From Somniosus microcephalus (lineage: Eukaryota), in NCBI GenBank assembly GCA_052327205.1, contig CM126218.1, positions 44,578,001-44,642,000 of the forward strand: 64,000 nt of DNA, read 5' to 3'. A program made the position numbers and the translations under genes. The notes under the pieces were generated by a model. It was not told the origin of the DNA. It saw only the letters and a program-made list of their open reading frames with translations, and searched no databases. Shown here piece by piece: positions 48,772 through 60,661 of this stretch; positions within the stretch are counted from its first letter, which is position 1, and every line of letters begins with the position of its first letter.

Positions 48772-49779
48772 GGAAAAAGTTAGAGATGTAACAGGCTTTA
48801 AGTAGGTGTAGAGGCACGGAAAGGGGGAGGGGAAGAAAGAACAAAGGGAGCGGTCTGTACTAGGGTGGAAGGCAGGAGTGTTTAAATGTTGCAATTGGGG
48901 ATGGCAGAATCATTAACAGCTGTCATGTGAAAAAATAGGGGCAGGGTTATATATAGTCTGAAATTGTTGAACTCAATGTTGAGTCCAGAAGGCTGTAAAA
49001 TGCCTAATTCAAAGATGAGGTGCTGTTCCTCGAGCTTACGTTGAGCTTCATTGGAACAGCCCTCCATGACCTTGTCGCTCCCTATCTCTGTAACCTCCTC
49101 CAGCTCTACAACCGTCTGAGATCCCTGTGCTCCTCCAATTCTGGCCTCTTGCACATTCCCTATTTTAATCGCTCCATTTTGGTGGCCATGCTTTCAACTG
49201 CCTAGGCCCTAATCTCTGGAATGCCCTCCCTAAATCTCTCTGCTTCTCTACCCCTCTCTCCTCCTTTAAGGCACTCCTTAAAACCTACTCTTTGATCAAG
49301 CTTTTCCTCACCTGTCCTAATATCTCCTTATGTGGCTCAGTGTCAAATTTTATTTGATAACACTCCTGTGAAGTGCCTTGGGACCTTTTACTACATAAAA
49401 AGTTGCTATATAAATGCAAGTTGTTGTTGCCTACTGCAGACCGGACAACTCCACGTTGGGTGGGGTATCAGAGGGGAGGATTGCTGATGAACTTCTTGAG
49501 GCTGTCTTAAATGTACAATTGGTGGAAGCCTAATTAGACACATACAGGGAGGAAAATGGAGGGATTTGATACTGTTGACCCCCTCTCGAAAGTTCAAACC
49601 ACCTCAAAGTTGTAGTTGATCAGACCTTAATTCACCACTTCCCTGAGGAATAATCATAGAAACAGGTACATTAGCAAATTCAAATAGGCATAATGCCATT
49701 GAGAAATGACATGACATAGCATATCATATCAAGGAATATCAGTGTAATGTAGGGCTTCCAATATTACTGGTTTATTAAA

Positions 49780-50237
49780 GGTTACAGAACCAAGGCGGGT
49801 AGATGGCATTAAGATATAGATCATGGAATGAAAAATGCCCATGCCACCTATTAAGCCTGATCCTTCCATAGACTAGCAGAACAGAATAATGTTTTCATTC
49901 TTGAAGGCATTAGGCACTGTTTCCACTGGCAGGAGGGCCGATAAGCAGAGAACACAGATTTAAGATAATTGGCAAAAGAACCAGAGGGGAGATGAGGAGA
50001 CATTTTTTAAACAGTGAAATGTTGGGATCTGGAATGCACTGCCTGAATGGGTGTTGGAAGCTGATTCAGTAGTAACTTTGAAAATAGAATTGGATATATA
50101 CTTGAAAAGGAAAAAAAAATTGCAGGGCTGTGGGGAAAGAGCAGGGGAATGGGACTAATTGGATAGCTCTTTCAATGAGCTGACACAGGCCTGGTGGGCT
50201 GAATGGCCCCCTTCTGTGCTGTATGGTTCTATGATTC
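49780..50237 (+). mobile_element. CR1 3' end fragments
   Basis: ttccactggcagga...ggaatgcactgcctg...gggctgaatggccccttctgtgctgtatggttctatg. Confidence 0.8.
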
Positions 50238-50578
50238 ATGCATATGCATTAGTGTACTCCTGGTTTGAGGCAAGATGGCATTTCTCTAATTTATAATTGG
50301 TGCTGAGTGGCATCAAATGTACCAGCCTCTCACCTGCTCACCCTGGGGTTAAATAAATTGGTTGTTCATTTTACCCCATCTCACTGGGTAGGAATGGTGC
50401 ATGAGAGAGGTTAAAATCGGACAAGTAGACTTACTATCCCGATGTTGTTCCGTTCCCATCCAACAGCATCTTAATCTTTGCCAAGGCTGAGGCTCCCACT
50501 ACAGACAGGCAGGGGCCTAATTGAAACGTAAATGTCCCTTCTCTTACTCTCCGGGTGCACTGCCCGCTTTGGCCCTCC

Positions 50579-52900
50579 CACACACAGGTGCCCTGAGTTA
50601 AAATCCGCCCCACTGTTTGGACTCCCACGTGATGAATGGGTTCTTGGACAAGATATTGTAGGGCAGTCACTGCCGGTGGAACTGCACCCCAACATGAGTA
50701 AACAAAGCAGTACTCTTTAAATGATTATTAGTACAGGTAACATTAAAACATTACATGTACCAGTACCATGAATGGACATGTGTACAGCAGATCAAGTGTG
50801 AAGATTCAGTAACAGCACACACCTTATTAGCAGAATTGAGAAAAAAATAGCCTGGAAATGGCTGCTAGTGATGTTACTGTTTAACCACCAAACACATTTG
50901 AATCAAATTCCTCTCTCTTATTTTAACTGAGGCATAAACCTATTTATCTTGATATAAGGTGTATATTTCGAGACATGTATGAATTCAGCAGAATTATTTT
51001 TGTCCAGTGGTTACTATCAGTAAAACTTTAAATATGTTATCTTCAAGGCTCCTTTGATAAGTTGCTGACATTCAGCAATTGCAGTTGGCCTTTTGGGTAA
51101 ATATAAAGCCTTACTGGCTTTGACTCAAATGTTGTTTTGATGCTGATTGTCCTTCTAACCACCAATGCTTCTTTTTCATTTGTCACTCTGATCTATTCCC
51201 TTCAACATGAGTTCAAATGCACAGCATTAATCTCTGTGAACAATTTTTAAAAATTAAAGTTTTCTAAAACACCGTGACAGATGGACTTGTAATTATCAAC
51301 AATCTAAAAACCTGCTGACAATCAAATTATGTCCTCTACAAATTTAACTTTAAGTTTTAATTCAAAGTTGTTTTTTTTTGGTAAGACACGGTGGTGAGCC
51401 TGATATCTGGCCATTCTAACTTGTGTCATAAAGCTTGCGCGAGACATTCGCTATTGTTCCAGAACGCATACCACAATGTGTGAAATTTCTGACATGCCAA
51501 AGTGCTTCGTACTCATCACACCACTCAGAGTTTGCATTAAATGAAGTTGAATAGAAATGACTCCAATGGTTTATAGCAGGAGGAGGAGGAAGAGCTAACA
51601 ACATTGTTTGAATCACCAGCAGCATACCTTTTACAGTAATAGATTCGAGTAAGCCACTCCTTTGTACAAAAAACAATTTGGGTTTTTCTCTACAGGTCCT
51701 TGTCTGTAATTTCATGCTTTCTGGTCTTTTCGTCATTTTTGCCAATATTGGATCATGTTGATATTGATTTCTGTCGAATGCAAAAGAAAAGAAAATGACA
51801 AACTCACAAATACCACCTGCTTTGGTTGGTAATCGATCTGGCTTTAAAACTGATAAGAACTGGTTTGCAACCACTGTGTGTGGCATGACGATCATTTCCT
51901 ATATGGGGAAAAATGTGTACATTTTGGTCTTGAATTTTGTGTTTTGCTGTCAGTGTTTCTTTCTGAATGGTATTTGATTTATAAAATATTTAAGATGTTT
52001 ATGAAACAAAATAGACAACTTATTTGCAAGTAGGAGTAGAACATGACATCCGATTTAAATAAACAGCCCAAGATTTTCATATGATGTTCTGTGATATCAA
52101 TTTTGATAGCCATTAAAAAGGCGATATCTGGCTCATGTGGGAGTTTTTACTTCAGTCTTATTTCCTCTGTGTAATGATATTGTTAAAAAGAGGTTATGGA
52201 GGATATGCTACATGCATTTAACTTTGCTCATTATTGGAGAGGTACTTTAAAACAAGTGGACTGTATTTTGCTATGTGCTGGCAGCAATGAATATCTGTTG
52301 GTGTTATTGACAGGAAGAGCTTCTTCCACTCCTGGCGGGATTTTCTAATCAGTGGGTGGACTGATCAAACAAGAGTTAAATTCTCTCCTGATTTTAATTA
52401 TTATTTTCTTCATGAGCAACTTCAATTGACATTGTGATTGCTGAGAGCAGATCTCCATCTATGCCTATCATAAGGAAGGAAAAAAAGAATACCTAGAGGG
52501 AGTGGGGGAGTGTGAGGCTGCAGCACTGCCTCAAGCTCGGGTCTACTGCTATCTTTGTCATGTTATTCTTTCTCTACTATTCACACCTTGTTACAGGGGT
52601 ACACTCCAGCACACGGATACCCCGAGTTAAAATCGACCCCACTGTCTAGACATGCAAATGATGAATGGGATCTTGGGCAAGGTATCATAGGGCAGTCGGT
52701 GAAACTGTATCCCAGCATGAGTAAAGAATTTCAGGAGCCAAAGGAGGAAAATCTGGGGGGGGGGTGGGAATTCAGAACTTTTTAAATGAGTATCGGTAAC
52801 ATTAAAACATTACATGTACCAGTGCCGTGAATGGACATGTGTACAGCAGATCAAGTGTGAAGATTCAGTGCCAGGACAGAACTTTATTAGCAGAATTGAG
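50579..52900. repeat. Local duplication, ~260-290-bp copies at 50579-50840 and 52609-52900
   Basis: Same order of MITE end, SINE piece and 75-bp core; the core matches at 73/75. Confidence 0.85.
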
Positions 52901-52924
52901 ATGGGGTGAGGAGGGAAGTGTGTG

Positions 52925-53111
52925 GGGGGGTTAATTTTCAATCTTGTCACCTGGTCAGTAACTTGGTGGAGCAGATCACCTGGCCTTTAGAACCTGTCTG
53001 ACTTTAGTTCCATTGAAGTCAGTGGGATAAAAACTGAAATCAATGGAATAAAAGTTGGCTGGGTTCTATAAAGAGTGGGCAATCCACTCTGCCAGGTTGA
53101 AAATGACTCCC
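52925..53111. mobile_element. Short palindromic MITE, family D
   Basis: GGGGTTAATTTTCAA / TTGAAAATGACTCCC; related to 6613-6792. Confidence 0.65.
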
Positions 53112-53324
53112 ATTGTGTATTGATATGTAAGCACTGTTTAAAGAGTGCCTTCACTTATCTCTCTATTTCAAGCCATATTAGCGATACAGCCATTTGCAAA
53201 TAAAGACCTGCTATAGATACAATGCTTAAAAAAACCATATATTCCAGTTCAAGTCTTTAACGTTTTACTATGTAGCAAGTTTTTGTTAGATATAGAAATG
53301 GAGTATACATATCAGGAAACAATG

Positions 53325-53680
53325 GGTTGAGCTCCCCAATGATTCAGCTGGTTAAGGCATTGTGTAAGTGAGCCAGTATAGACCAGGAAGGTTCTGGGTT
53401 TGATGCCCAATCTCTGCTAAGTTAGCAAATCTCAGGGATGTTAAGGGTGCTACAGTCAACACCCCCACCCCTCCACTCCAAATTATTGGATGGGGAAATT
53501 TGCAAGAGTCACCATTCCTGATTGCTATCCTGTAATACCTTCACCTGAACTGTGTGTGTCTGGATGTCATTGTAGACATGATCATTTGTATTGCGTTCCT
53601 CTCCATCCCACCAGATGGTTGAACAACCTGTAGATACTTGCTCACCAGGCTCACACATGAATAATGGGCATTTGGACACC
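53325..53680 (+). mobile_element. Degraded tRNA-derived SINE
   Basis: A-box-like tgattcagctggttaagg, B-box-like ggtttgatgccc, ggctcacacatgaataatgg body. Confidence 0.55.
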
Positions 53681-53876
53681 ATGTCAAAGTAAAGTGGTTA
53701 AGGAAGCATTGGATTATGGAAAGAAAACAATTAACACATATGAAATATGTTGTGATTCACTGTTGATTTCTTTTCTGTAACTCACTGTTGTCTTGATGCA
53801 TTGTTTACACAACATGTCCTGGTGAGGTGACTGGTGAATTTTTTCTTATATATTTGGTGTCCTCTGTAAAGATAGA

Positions 53877-54568
53877 GGCCTAGAAATTGGGTTTTGGCGC
53901 AGCGACGGCTTTAGCGCCGGAAGTTAGTGCCGGAGCTAAGTCGCGCTGGGCGGGCCAAAAATTCACTACTTCTGCGCCCAAACGGCTGCCGGCGCTGCTG
54001 AAAGCTGTTAGCGCCTGAAAACTGGCGCTATGCGCTGAATTTCGGCGCTATTCCGGCGCTGCGGCGCCCGCTGCGGTGCGGCAGGTTCGGGAAGTGCAGG
54101 CCTCCTCCTTCCCTTAAGGAGGAGCTGCCTGCACCCGGCCGCGGCCCGCGATAATCTTTTTAAAAATGAGCCCGGCACCTCGGACAAGTGCCGGGCTTGC
54201 TTCTGTTCCGGGGGGGGGGGGGGGGGGGGTGAAGTCCGGGGACGGAGCTGCGGCCAGGCGGGCGGCGGGAAAGCGGCCGGCCGCCGCGGGGCCTTTAATG
54301 CGCCAGCGCAACGTTCTGTAAGGCACCTCTGCCAGAACGTTGCTTGCGGCTGCCACGGGCGAGGCGGCCGCAACTCAATTTCCGAGTTCGGGCGGGTTAC
54401 CATGGCAACCGGGACGCTGCGCACACCGATGACGTCATCGGTGCCGGCGCAGCGCTACCGGCCTAACGCCGATTTAGGGCCCCTGTCAATTTCAAAACTG
54501 GCCATAACTTCACCGCTAGGCCCTCTAGCGCCTCAAAAGCGGCGCTAAGGCCAGTGAATTTCTAGGCC
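53877..54568. mobile_element. Young Harbinger-type MITE, family A copy 2
   Basis: TIR GGCCTAGAAATT; TSD AGA (53874-53876 / 54569-54571); near-identical to 3302-3985 apart from a longer poly-G tract. Confidence 0.92.
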
Positions 54569-54727
54569 AGAGTGCTTTTGAAGTTCAAACTGTTTGAACT
54601 GTCGTCCATCAGAAGTCACTGCCAGGAAATCGATCTGTGATTCATTGATTTCCAATAATCTGAATCTATATGGGATTCAGAGGGGAGCTTCAGAAAATAA
54701 AACTGAAATGGAGAGTAGTAGAGAAAA

Positions 54728-55680
54728 GAAAGACTTGCATTTATATAGCGCCTTTCACGACCACAGGATGTCCCATAGCGATTTACAGCCTTATGAAGTA
54801 ATTTTGAAGTGTAGTCACTGTTGTAATGTAGGAAATGCGGTAGCCAATTTGCGCACAGCAAGCTCCCACAAACAGCAATGTGGTAATGACCAGATAATGG
54901 CCTGGCGTGCGGATGCCTCCGATCAGAAAAAATCTACGCACTTACCTGCTGGCTCCGTAGGTCCCGAGACTTCTGATCCTGGGCCTCTGCTCAATGAAAT
55001 GCGCAGAGGCCCAGGTATCCCAGGAGTGCAGGCGGTTCGCAAGCGTCCCTGGGATCACGTGGGCCATGGGGAACCAATCAAAGAAGGGAATCCCCCTTAA
55101 CATTTGACAGGTCCGTACAGACAGATCTGTCAAAAGTATGAATGGGGATCATTTAAAAAAGTTAAATATTAAATACATTTTTTTTAAGAATCATGTATTT
55201 AAAATTAGTTAAAATTACTTAAAATTAAATATTTTAAACAAAAATTTAATTTATTGAAACAAGCAATTAAAGTTTTTTACAGGGCTAAAAATACCCTTTT
55301 TAAAAGTATTTTTAAATTATAAATGAGTGGAAAAATTATTATTTTTTTGAACTCTTATGCTGGAAAAAGCAGGCCTTATGCATGCGTAAGATTTTTAAAG
55401 GTTTTCAGCGGGCGGAGGCTATGCAGAAAGCGGAGCTCCCTGCCCACAGAGGCCCTTCTCCAGGGCAGGCGGATGATCTGCAAGAGAATTCTTGACAGAT
55501 CGGAAGTGTCAGGTTTTAGTGCATGCGCTTCGGATGCCTGAAACCGGCACTTGCGCGGCCTCTACGGGTAAGTACACACCTCGTACGCACCCGTGGGGGT
55601 CGAAATATCCGGTCCAATTTGTTTTAGTGATGTTGATTAAGGGATAAATATTGTCCAGGTCACCGGGGATAACTCCTCTG
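54728..55680 (-). mobile_element. SacSINE1/DeuSINE-like SINE 3' part with L2-type tail, split by a MITE
   Basis: gacttgcatttatatagcgcctttc is the L2-like tail reverse complement; body resumes at 55616; family name from recall. Confidence 0.7.
54899..55615. mobile_element. Harbinger-type MITE, family C
   Basis: TSD AAT (54896-54898 / 55616-55618); inverted homolog of 32528-33250. Confidence 0.82.
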
Positions 55681-55915
55681 CAGAGAGGAAAGGGGAGTTG
55701 AAAGTAATAGAACATCAAGAATGAGAGGGAGAGAGACTTGAAGAACGACAGATGCAGGCACAATAGGAAGAAGCTAAAAGAGAAAAGTGAGAAACTATGA
55801 AGCAGGCAGGAGTTGAGACAGTCACAGTAGTGTTGTTAAGTAGTTCCAACAGTGTGTTGTAGGACCTGAAAATGACTACGCCTAATCCACAGCTGAAGAT
55901 CCCCACACTTTATTA

Positions 55916-56251
55916 CAGGAAACTTTCTGGTATCCAGCACTGACGGGACCGAGCTGGTGCCGGTTGATCAACACTGTTGGAGAAACCAGCGCTAATGTTA
56001 AAACATACGGAGCTTCTGAGCTCCGTATCGAGCAACAAACCCTGTTGCTTAGCAACAGCTTCAAAACAGTCGGCGCAGCTTGCAAGCACCTCTGTAGCTA
56101 AGCAACAGCTTCAGCTAGACGCTTGCAGAGCCAGGAATGGAGAAAAAAAGCAACAAAAAGTAAAAAAAACGTTATCTGAACCGACTCCTGAATTTTGCCG
56201 GTGGATAGAGCATTCCGGAGATTTAACCTCCGTTTAAACGAAAGTTTCCTG
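55916..56251. mobile_element. pogo/Tigger-like MITE, copy 2
   Basis: TA-CAGGAAACTTTC...GAAAGTTTCCTG-TA. Confidence 0.87.
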
Positions 56252-56699
56252 TATATTAAAAAGGCACAGCTTCTAGACTGCGTTACGGATGACTGAAGAT
56301 ACCAGGCAAATATATCTTATAGTTAGATAATCATATACTTCAGCACCTTGCAAGTGAAAAATACAATATTTGTCAGAAGTATACTTGGTAATTTATGCTT
56401 ACATTAAGAAATAACATGCTTCATTGATAAGTCCCAGAAAATTGAGTTTGCGTCAGTGTATAAGGGACTTCCACCATAAAGCAGATCACAAAATAGGCTT
56501 GTACATCTGTAACAGTAATTATAAGTAACAGGAACTAATGTCACGGATGATGATCACCGCCCCCCCCTCCCCCTCTCCGATCTAACAGATCCAATTTGAG
56601 AGCCAAGGATGATTTAGTAACATATGACGTTCACTCCCACTCCAGCGATTGCGAAGTAATCTTGGAGCAGTGGGAATTCAAGGTAAAACCTGAATCGGG

Positions 56700-57520
56700 A
56701 TCTAAAAGAAAATTGCCCGAGGGAACGAAAACAGCAGATACTTGTTAGGAGAATGATGTGGGGATGGGGCGAGTACTGAATGGGGTTTCCCTCAGGATCT
56801 GGGTGAGGGGCCCAACTGTTTCTAATTTACATCAACAACTTAGATTCAGAATCAATGCAAATGAGTAAAATCACAAACAACACTAAACTGGAGAAAAAGA
56901 CAGCCTACAAAAAGAAGCTAGATAAAATCAGCAGAATATTTGGCAGATAAAATTGAACATGGATGATGTATCCTGTATGCATGTGCAGATTAAAGAGAGC
57001 TAGGTTTTTAACATTCCAGACACTATGAAGCGACAAGCAAATAGCTGAACTATATTTCTAAATCAGTATAAGTTGCAGGATGTCATGCTGGAACTACAGT
57101 GCTCCGATCAGACTGCACCTTGAGTACAGTAAGGGAAACACTTTGGCTGTAGAGATAGTACAGAGATCCCTAGTATCAGAGGATTTAATTGTGAGGAGAT
57201 ACTGAAGAAACTGGGACTCTTAAACCTTGAAAGGAGTGAGGGCACCTTTATAGAATTATATTAGTTTAGACACTAAACGATAAAGAGGTTAGTTAATATG
57301 CAGTGCTACTTGAAGCTACAAGAAAATACAACATGAGGGAAAAAGTTCAAAATTAGGACCACAGTTAGGAAATTCTTCTTTACATAAAGGATAATTAACA
57401 TTTAAGTTGGACCTCTGGGCAAGTTGGATTCAGGAGACAGTTGGATGCTGTGATGGAAGGATTGTAGAGGTTCCTCAGTGGATTAGGCTGATGGGACAAA
57501 TAATCTTCTTCATCCATCGT
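56700..57520 (+). mobile_element. Ancient, heavily degraded CR1 RT fragment
   Basis: Residual ggggtttccctcaggatc, tttacatcaacaacttaga and cagactgcaccttgagtac motifs in CR1 order. Confidence 0.6.
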
Positions 57521-57599
57521 ATTTTGGAAGAGGATCAATCATGTAGTGCCATTTGAAGCTATGTTCATATTCAATATTTACCCTTAAAACATTTTTTAA

Positions 57600-58215
57600 T
57601 GCCTCAGCTCACCTGCTGCTGAAACTCTCGTCCAGGCCTTTGTTACCTCTAGACTTGATTATTCTAATGCTCTCCTGGGCAGCCTCCCATCTTCCATCCT
57701 ACATAAACTTGAGCTCAACCAAAACTCTGCTGCCTGTAGTTTAACGCGCACCACATCCTAGTCATTCATTGTCCCTGTGCTCGCTGACCTACGTTGGCTC
57801 CCGGTCTGGCAACGCCTTGATTTTAAAATTCTCCTCCTTGTTTTCAAATCCCTTTATGGCCTCGCCCCTCCCTATCTCTGTAGCCTCCTCCAGTGCTACA
57901 AGCCTTTGAGATCTCTGCACTCCTCCAATTCTGGCCTCTTGCAAATCCCTGATTTTAATTGCTCCACCGTAGGCGGCCATGCCTTCAGCTACCTCGGCCC
58001 TGAGCTCTGGAATTTGCTCCCTATACCTCTTTTCCTCTCTCTCCTCCTTTAAGACATTCCTTAAAACCTACCTCTTTGACCAAGCTTTTGGTCACCTGTC
58101 CTAATATTTCCTTGTGTGGCTCGGTGACAGATTTTTGTTTGATAACGCTCCTGTGAAGCACCTTGGGACGTTTCACTACATTAAAGACGCTATATAAATA
58201 CAAGTTGTTGTTGTT
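57600..58215 (+). mobile_element. L2 LINE 3' fragment
   Basis: LADLRWLPVWQRLDFKILLLVFKSLYGLAPPYL (L2 ORF2 C-terminus); tail gctatataaatacaagttgttgttg. Confidence 0.9.
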
Positions 58216-58719
58216 ACAGAACTATAATTATTGAATATGTTATCAGTATTCATCCTTTGATCTGAGACTTTTTTTAATAGCTGATAACAGACTTTTCAAA
58301 ATGTAATCAACTTGTACAATTAATGTCCTCTGCAAAGTCATCAATTAAAGCCTATCAGGGTGCTTGTGCAAGGACGGTTTTTCCAAAATCCATTATTAAA
58401 GGCAAAGTTAGAAGCAACTAAGATCAGTAGATCCTAACCACTCTCTGGATGCACCAATGCCTAGTATAATTGGTTTATTGAATCTGTTGGCTGCAGAACA
58501 TCTAATTTGTTTTGATTGTCTGCTTAATGTGCTATTTAACACACTGTTTGGTAAACAATTAATAGATTCAACTACACTGGAACTTTACCATCCTGAAATA
58601 TCTCATTGCTCAAAATTTAGAAGTTTACCCTAATTCTAAGGCAATACAAATAAAATATATGAAATAAAATATATTAGTTTTATAACAATGCCCTCATGTA
58701 TAACAATAGTGGATTATAT

Positions 58720-59587
58720 GGGGTCGATTTTCCTGAAGCTGTCGGGAAGAAGGCGGGACTACAACTTTCGGGTTTTAGACCCACTTACTTCGACGTCCGG
58801 CCAATCCGCGCAATTTTCCCTTGATTGACCTTGTTGAGCCCGCCCAGCAGGCTCAGCAGGCCAATTAAGGGCCACCCGGCAACAGGTGATGTCACAGACT
58901 GCAATTTCATCTGTCAAGAGTTCGTGACAGATGAAATATTAGTGTTTCACAGCTGTTTGAAGCTGTGAAACACTGACAGTCTGAGTTCTAACATGAGTCC
59001 TTCTGCACAGACTCAGTTAGAACTCTCAGCAGCACTCAAAGCTGTAGGCTGTCACTTTTCACAGATCGCAGCCGTTCAGCTTTAAGTGCCGGCTGAGTGA
59101 TGGGCTCCCGACGGCTACAGGAAGAAAGGCTGTTAAGGTAAGTACAGGTAAGTAAAAGTTCTTTACACACTTTAGACACACCAAACACACTTACCTTTGC
59201 ACTCATGCACCCATCACTCACCTGAACACCGACATCGCGACCCCTCCAACTCCTTCAACCCGACGGCCCGACTGCTCTAACCTGGCGTGGTTTGGAGCCG
59301 TCGGGAATCCCACATGAAACCCCTCAAAATAGGGATTAGGCTAAAAACTGCCTGTTAACTACCTGTATTTGTAGGCTACCTCTCCTCTCCCAGCAAAGGC
59401 CAGTTAATTGGCACTAATCCCTTCCTGCCTGGTTTCAGCGGGTCCCAGTGCGGGGCGGGTACCCGCCGCCCCTGAAACTTGCGTGGGGCGGGGTTTTAGG
59501 CGGGATGGTGTCGGGACCCCCAAATTCGGGATTTCCCCCCCCCACACGCCTGAAACCCTGCCTGACGGCTCCAGGAAAATCGACCCC
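58720..59587. mobile_element. Harbinger-type MITE, family B (inverted)
   Basis: Perfect TIR GGGGTCGATTTTCCTG / CAGGAAAATCGACCCC; TSD TAT. Confidence 0.92.
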
Positions 59588-59982
59588 TATGTGTGCAGCT
59601 TTGCTGCCTACCTTGCTGCTTGTTTTTTCTCTGAACTGACTTTAAATTGGTAGAGCTACTCAGTGATACGCATTGTTGATAGTAAGCACTGTGCAATAAT
59701 ATTGCAATCAATCTTCAAGAATGATGATTGATATTTTAACTGTGATATGCTGATAATTTTGATTATTACTGCAATCCTATTACTGAGATTCTGTGCTCAT
59801 TTTGTGAAGTAATTCATCAAATAGTTATCAGACGTCAGCCATCTGACTCCCACAGAGCCACACCACTGAAAAACATAAGGTAGTTTGATGTCCGACCTCT
59901 TTACAATCGCACATTGTGCCACTGAAGCTGCTGTTTGTAATGGTTCTGGACTTTGCTTCTGGACATTATGACAGTTTACAAT

Positions 59983-60661
59983 GGGGGAGAAATTGGGTGG
60001 AGCCGCAAACGGGGCGCCAAGCTCGCCTGGGCGCCGGATTTAGCGCAGCGTTTGGAGCAGCAGCGATCGCCGGAAATTCAGCTTGAGCGCCCCACGAGGG
60101 ACACGGGGCGAGGCTCGAGGCGCTCCGTGTCCCTCTTAGGGCGCTGAAACTGAATATCGCAGCGCAACGCGCCGCGGTACTGCAGGCCTTCCTCCCATTC
60201 TTAAGGGGGAGGGGCCTGCACCAGCGCGATCGGAGATCGCGAGTGCTGGCAAAAGAGCCCAGCACCAAGGAGAAGTGCCGGGCTCTCGGAAAACAGCCGG
60301 CAATGCCGCGGGGGGCGATCAGGAGGCCGGGGACGGAGGTGCTGGCAGGCGGCCGCCGAAAAAAACGGCCGCCCCACACTCCACCTTAATTTGCGCCACT
60401 GCCGCCACAGGTAGGCCCCGTGAACTGGGCGCCATTTGCGAACGGCGCTACAGAGGCGGTCGCTGCCAAATATCGCGATCGGGGCGGTAGCCGGGCGCTG
60501 CGCACACCGATGACGTCATCGGTGACGGCGCAGCGCAACAGGCTAACGCCGCCATTAGCGCCCCAGCTAAATATCGCGGGAGGCACGGCCAGTGGCGCTA
60601 AAGCCACTGAGTGCCCTCTTTAGGCGCTAACTGGTGGCGCAGCCCACCGAATTTCTAGGCC
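59983..60661. mobile_element. Harbinger-type MITE, family A-related subfamily
   Basis: Ends GGGGGAGAAATT / AATTTCTAGGCC; TSD AAT; shares gctgcgcacaccgatgacgtcatcggtg with family A. Confidence 0.88.

Larger units (their letters stand above)
47833..49059 (-). mobile_element. Penelope-like element 3' fragment (GIY-YIG C-terminus plus hammerhead), split by a MITE
   Basis: 14-bp TSD ccctccatgacctt (47819-47832 / 49060-49073); RKLEEQHLIFELGILQPSGLNIEF is typical of the PLE GIY-YIG C-terminus. Confidence 0.88.
47770..49430 (+). mobile_element. L2 LINE 3' fragment split by a Penelope insertion
   Basis: ttttaaaattctcatccttgttttcaaatccctccatgacctt resumes at 49060; tail gctatataaatgcaagttgttgttg. Confidence 0.85.

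Noticed and set aside
51416-51895. 159-aa minus-strand ORF in unique sequence
   Set aside because: No recognisable domain or motif; a chance ORF cannot be excluded without expression data
53325-53420. tRNA gene
   Set aside because: Only degenerate A/B boxes and no cloverleaf; continues into a SINE body
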